Positions 62,801 through 64,000 of a DNA stretch of 64,000 bases are shown here, piece after piece. The notes under the pieces were generated by a model, which was not told where the DNA came from, did not search any database, and worked only from the letters and a program-made list of their open reading frames with translations. Source of the stretch: Thermodesulfobacteriota bacterium (GTDB taxonomy: Bacteria > Desulfobacterota_D > UBA1144 > Nemesobacterales > UBA2774); contig OY729416.1 of NCBI GenBank assembly GCA_963422265.1, positions 256,001 through 320,000 of the forward strand, written 5' to 3'. Position numbers and translations under genes: made by a program. Each line of letters opens with the position of its first letter. Positions within the stretch are counted from its first letter, which is position 1.

Positions 62801-64000
62801 CAACGCAGTGGTCATCTCCGACGTAGCGGTAACGCTGACCGATGACGATAACAACTCGCCGACGGGTTCGGTAACCATTACTGGGGCGGCGACGCAGGGG
62901 CAGAGGCTTACGGCAGATACCAGCACGATCGTTGATCCAGACGGTCCGAGTAATCTGACGTTCAGCTATCAATGGAAGCGGGGCGGGACTGACATCAGCG
63001 GGGCGACCAGTAGCACCTACGTTCTAACACAGGCGGACGTCGGTTCTATGATCACAGTAGTAGTGAGTTGGACGGACAGCGGTAGTACAGTGGAATCTCT
63101 GACCTCTGCTGCTACAGCAAGTGTAGCGAACTTAAACGACTTGCCGACTGGTGCAGTAACCATTACGGGGACGGTGACGCAGGGGCAGACACTGACCGCG
63201 GATACCGGCACGATTGTTGACCCAGACGGTCCGAGTAATCTGACGTTCAGCTATCAATGGAAGCGGGGTGGGACTGATATCAACGGGGCGACCAGTAGCA
63301 CCTACGTTCTGACACAGGCGGACGTAGGTTCTGTGATCACAGTAGTAGTGAGTTGGACGGACGCTGGTGGGGCATCGGAATCCCTCACCTCTGCTGCTAC
63401 AGCAAGTGTGGCAAACACCAACAACTTGCCGACTGGTGCAGTAACCATTACTGGGACGGTGACGCAGGGGCAGACGCTTACGGCGGATACCGGCACGATC
63501 GTTGATCCAGACGGTCCGAGTAGTCTGACGTTCAGCTATCAGTGGAAGCGAGGTGGGACTGATATCAGCGGGGCGACCAGTAGCACCTACGTTCTGACAC
63601 AGGCGGACGTCGGTTCTGTGATCACAGTAGTAGTGAGTTGGACGGACAGCGGTAGTACAGTGGAGACTCTTACCTCTGCTGCTACAGCAAGTGTAGCGAA
63701 CGTAAACGACTTGCCGACTGGTGCGGTAACCATCACCGGGACGGCGACCCAGGGCCAGACACTGACCGCGGATACCAGCACGATTGTTGACCCAGACGGT
63801 CCGAGTAATCTGACGTTCAGCTATCAGTGGAAGCGAGGTGGGACTGACATCAGCGGGGCGACCAGTAGCACCTACGTTCTGACACAGGCGGACGTCGGTT
63901 CTGTGATCACAGTAGTAGTGAGTTGGACGGACAGCGGTAGTACAGTGGAGACTCTTACCTCTGCTGCTACAGCAAGTGTAGCGAACGTAAACGACTCGCC
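47885..64000 (+). CDS. giant repetitive surface protein/adhesin (Calx-beta/cadherin-like, 9x FN3, >30 Ig-like 95-aa repeats); broken by frameshifts, 3' end outside window
   Basis: signal peptide (..LIFFIICVLPGTAQA) in ORF 47950; ORFs 48491, 48741, 50176-60990 and an open frame ~61650-64000 continue the same repeat families; frame breaks at ~48553, ~48800, ~49780, ~50070-50140 and 60977-61650. Confidence 0.8.
47901..47922 (+). repeat. poly-C(22) tract at the 5' end of the adhesin gene
   Basis: 22 consecutive C counted, 16 bp after ATG 47885. Confidence 0.95.
48050..51115 (+). repeat. three copies of a ~1.02-kb unit, each with three Calx-beta/cadherin-like domains
   Basis: TTCACATTTTCC-headed units at ~48049, ~49083 and ~50101; TFTTSxWNTxQxVTVTGxDD motif; copies 2 and 3 are nearly identical. 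Confidence 0.85.
51121..53730 (+). repeat. nine fibronectin type III repeats
   Basis: KP..ATPGDxQVTLSW..ITxYQ..WTDI.GS..VxGLTNGxxYSFRIRA repeated 9 times. Confidence 0.9.
53735..61855 (+). repeat. ~29 tandem 285-bp (95-aa) Ig-like repeats
   Basis: PTGAVTITGTVTQGQTLTADTS..DPDGP..YQWKR..YxLTQADVGKAI.V.VSWTD; 285-bp spacing also visible in the antisense ORF track. Confidence 0.92.
62850..64000 (+). repeat. second block of 285-bp repeats (4 or more), truncated by the window edge
   Basis: same peptide unit at 285-bp spacing, following three more Calx-like units (~61860-62850). Confidence 0.9.

Noticed and set aside
53200-63800. Many long antisense ORFs (e.g. 59227-60984, 57802-58734)
   Set aside because: Shadow frames of a GC-rich, repetitive coding strand

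Overview
Bacterial chromosome window with an AT-richer housekeeping backbone (hisS, fumC, nuoF, tatA, rimP-nusA-infB-DUF503-rbfA-DHH-truB-rpsO-pnp, miaA, ccmH/tlpA) and three accessory regions. (1) A visibly GC-rich surface-polysaccharide island (~0.85-12.8 kb). Its first glycosyltransferase carries an in-frame (AAGC)x44 microsatellite, and its O-antigen ligase/polymerase-like gene (2019 aa) has eight capped, plant-receptor-type LRR modules inserted in the catalytic periplasmic loop. (2) A complete compact type II-C CRISPR-Cas9 locus (tracrRNA, cas9 1074 aa, cas1, cas2, 6 repeats). Its array contains a 335-bp 'spacer' holding an intact small membrane-protein gene plus the start of a second gene, both with strong RBSs. 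The tracrRNA anti-repeat is split by a 15-nt hairpin that, read on the other strand, gives a plausible cas9 promoter. (3) A GC-rich giant repetitive adhesin gene (>16 kb, runs off the right edge) with Calx-beta/cadherin-like, FN3 and 95-aa Ig-like repeats, preceded by a C22 tract that currently puts the upstream ATG out of frame. Eukaryote-like repeats and two simple-sequence repeats suggest a host-associated (possibly marine invertebrate) bacterium; this is inference. Several adhesin frameshifts look like long-read or assembly errors. Family names come from motif recognition only; no database searches were run.
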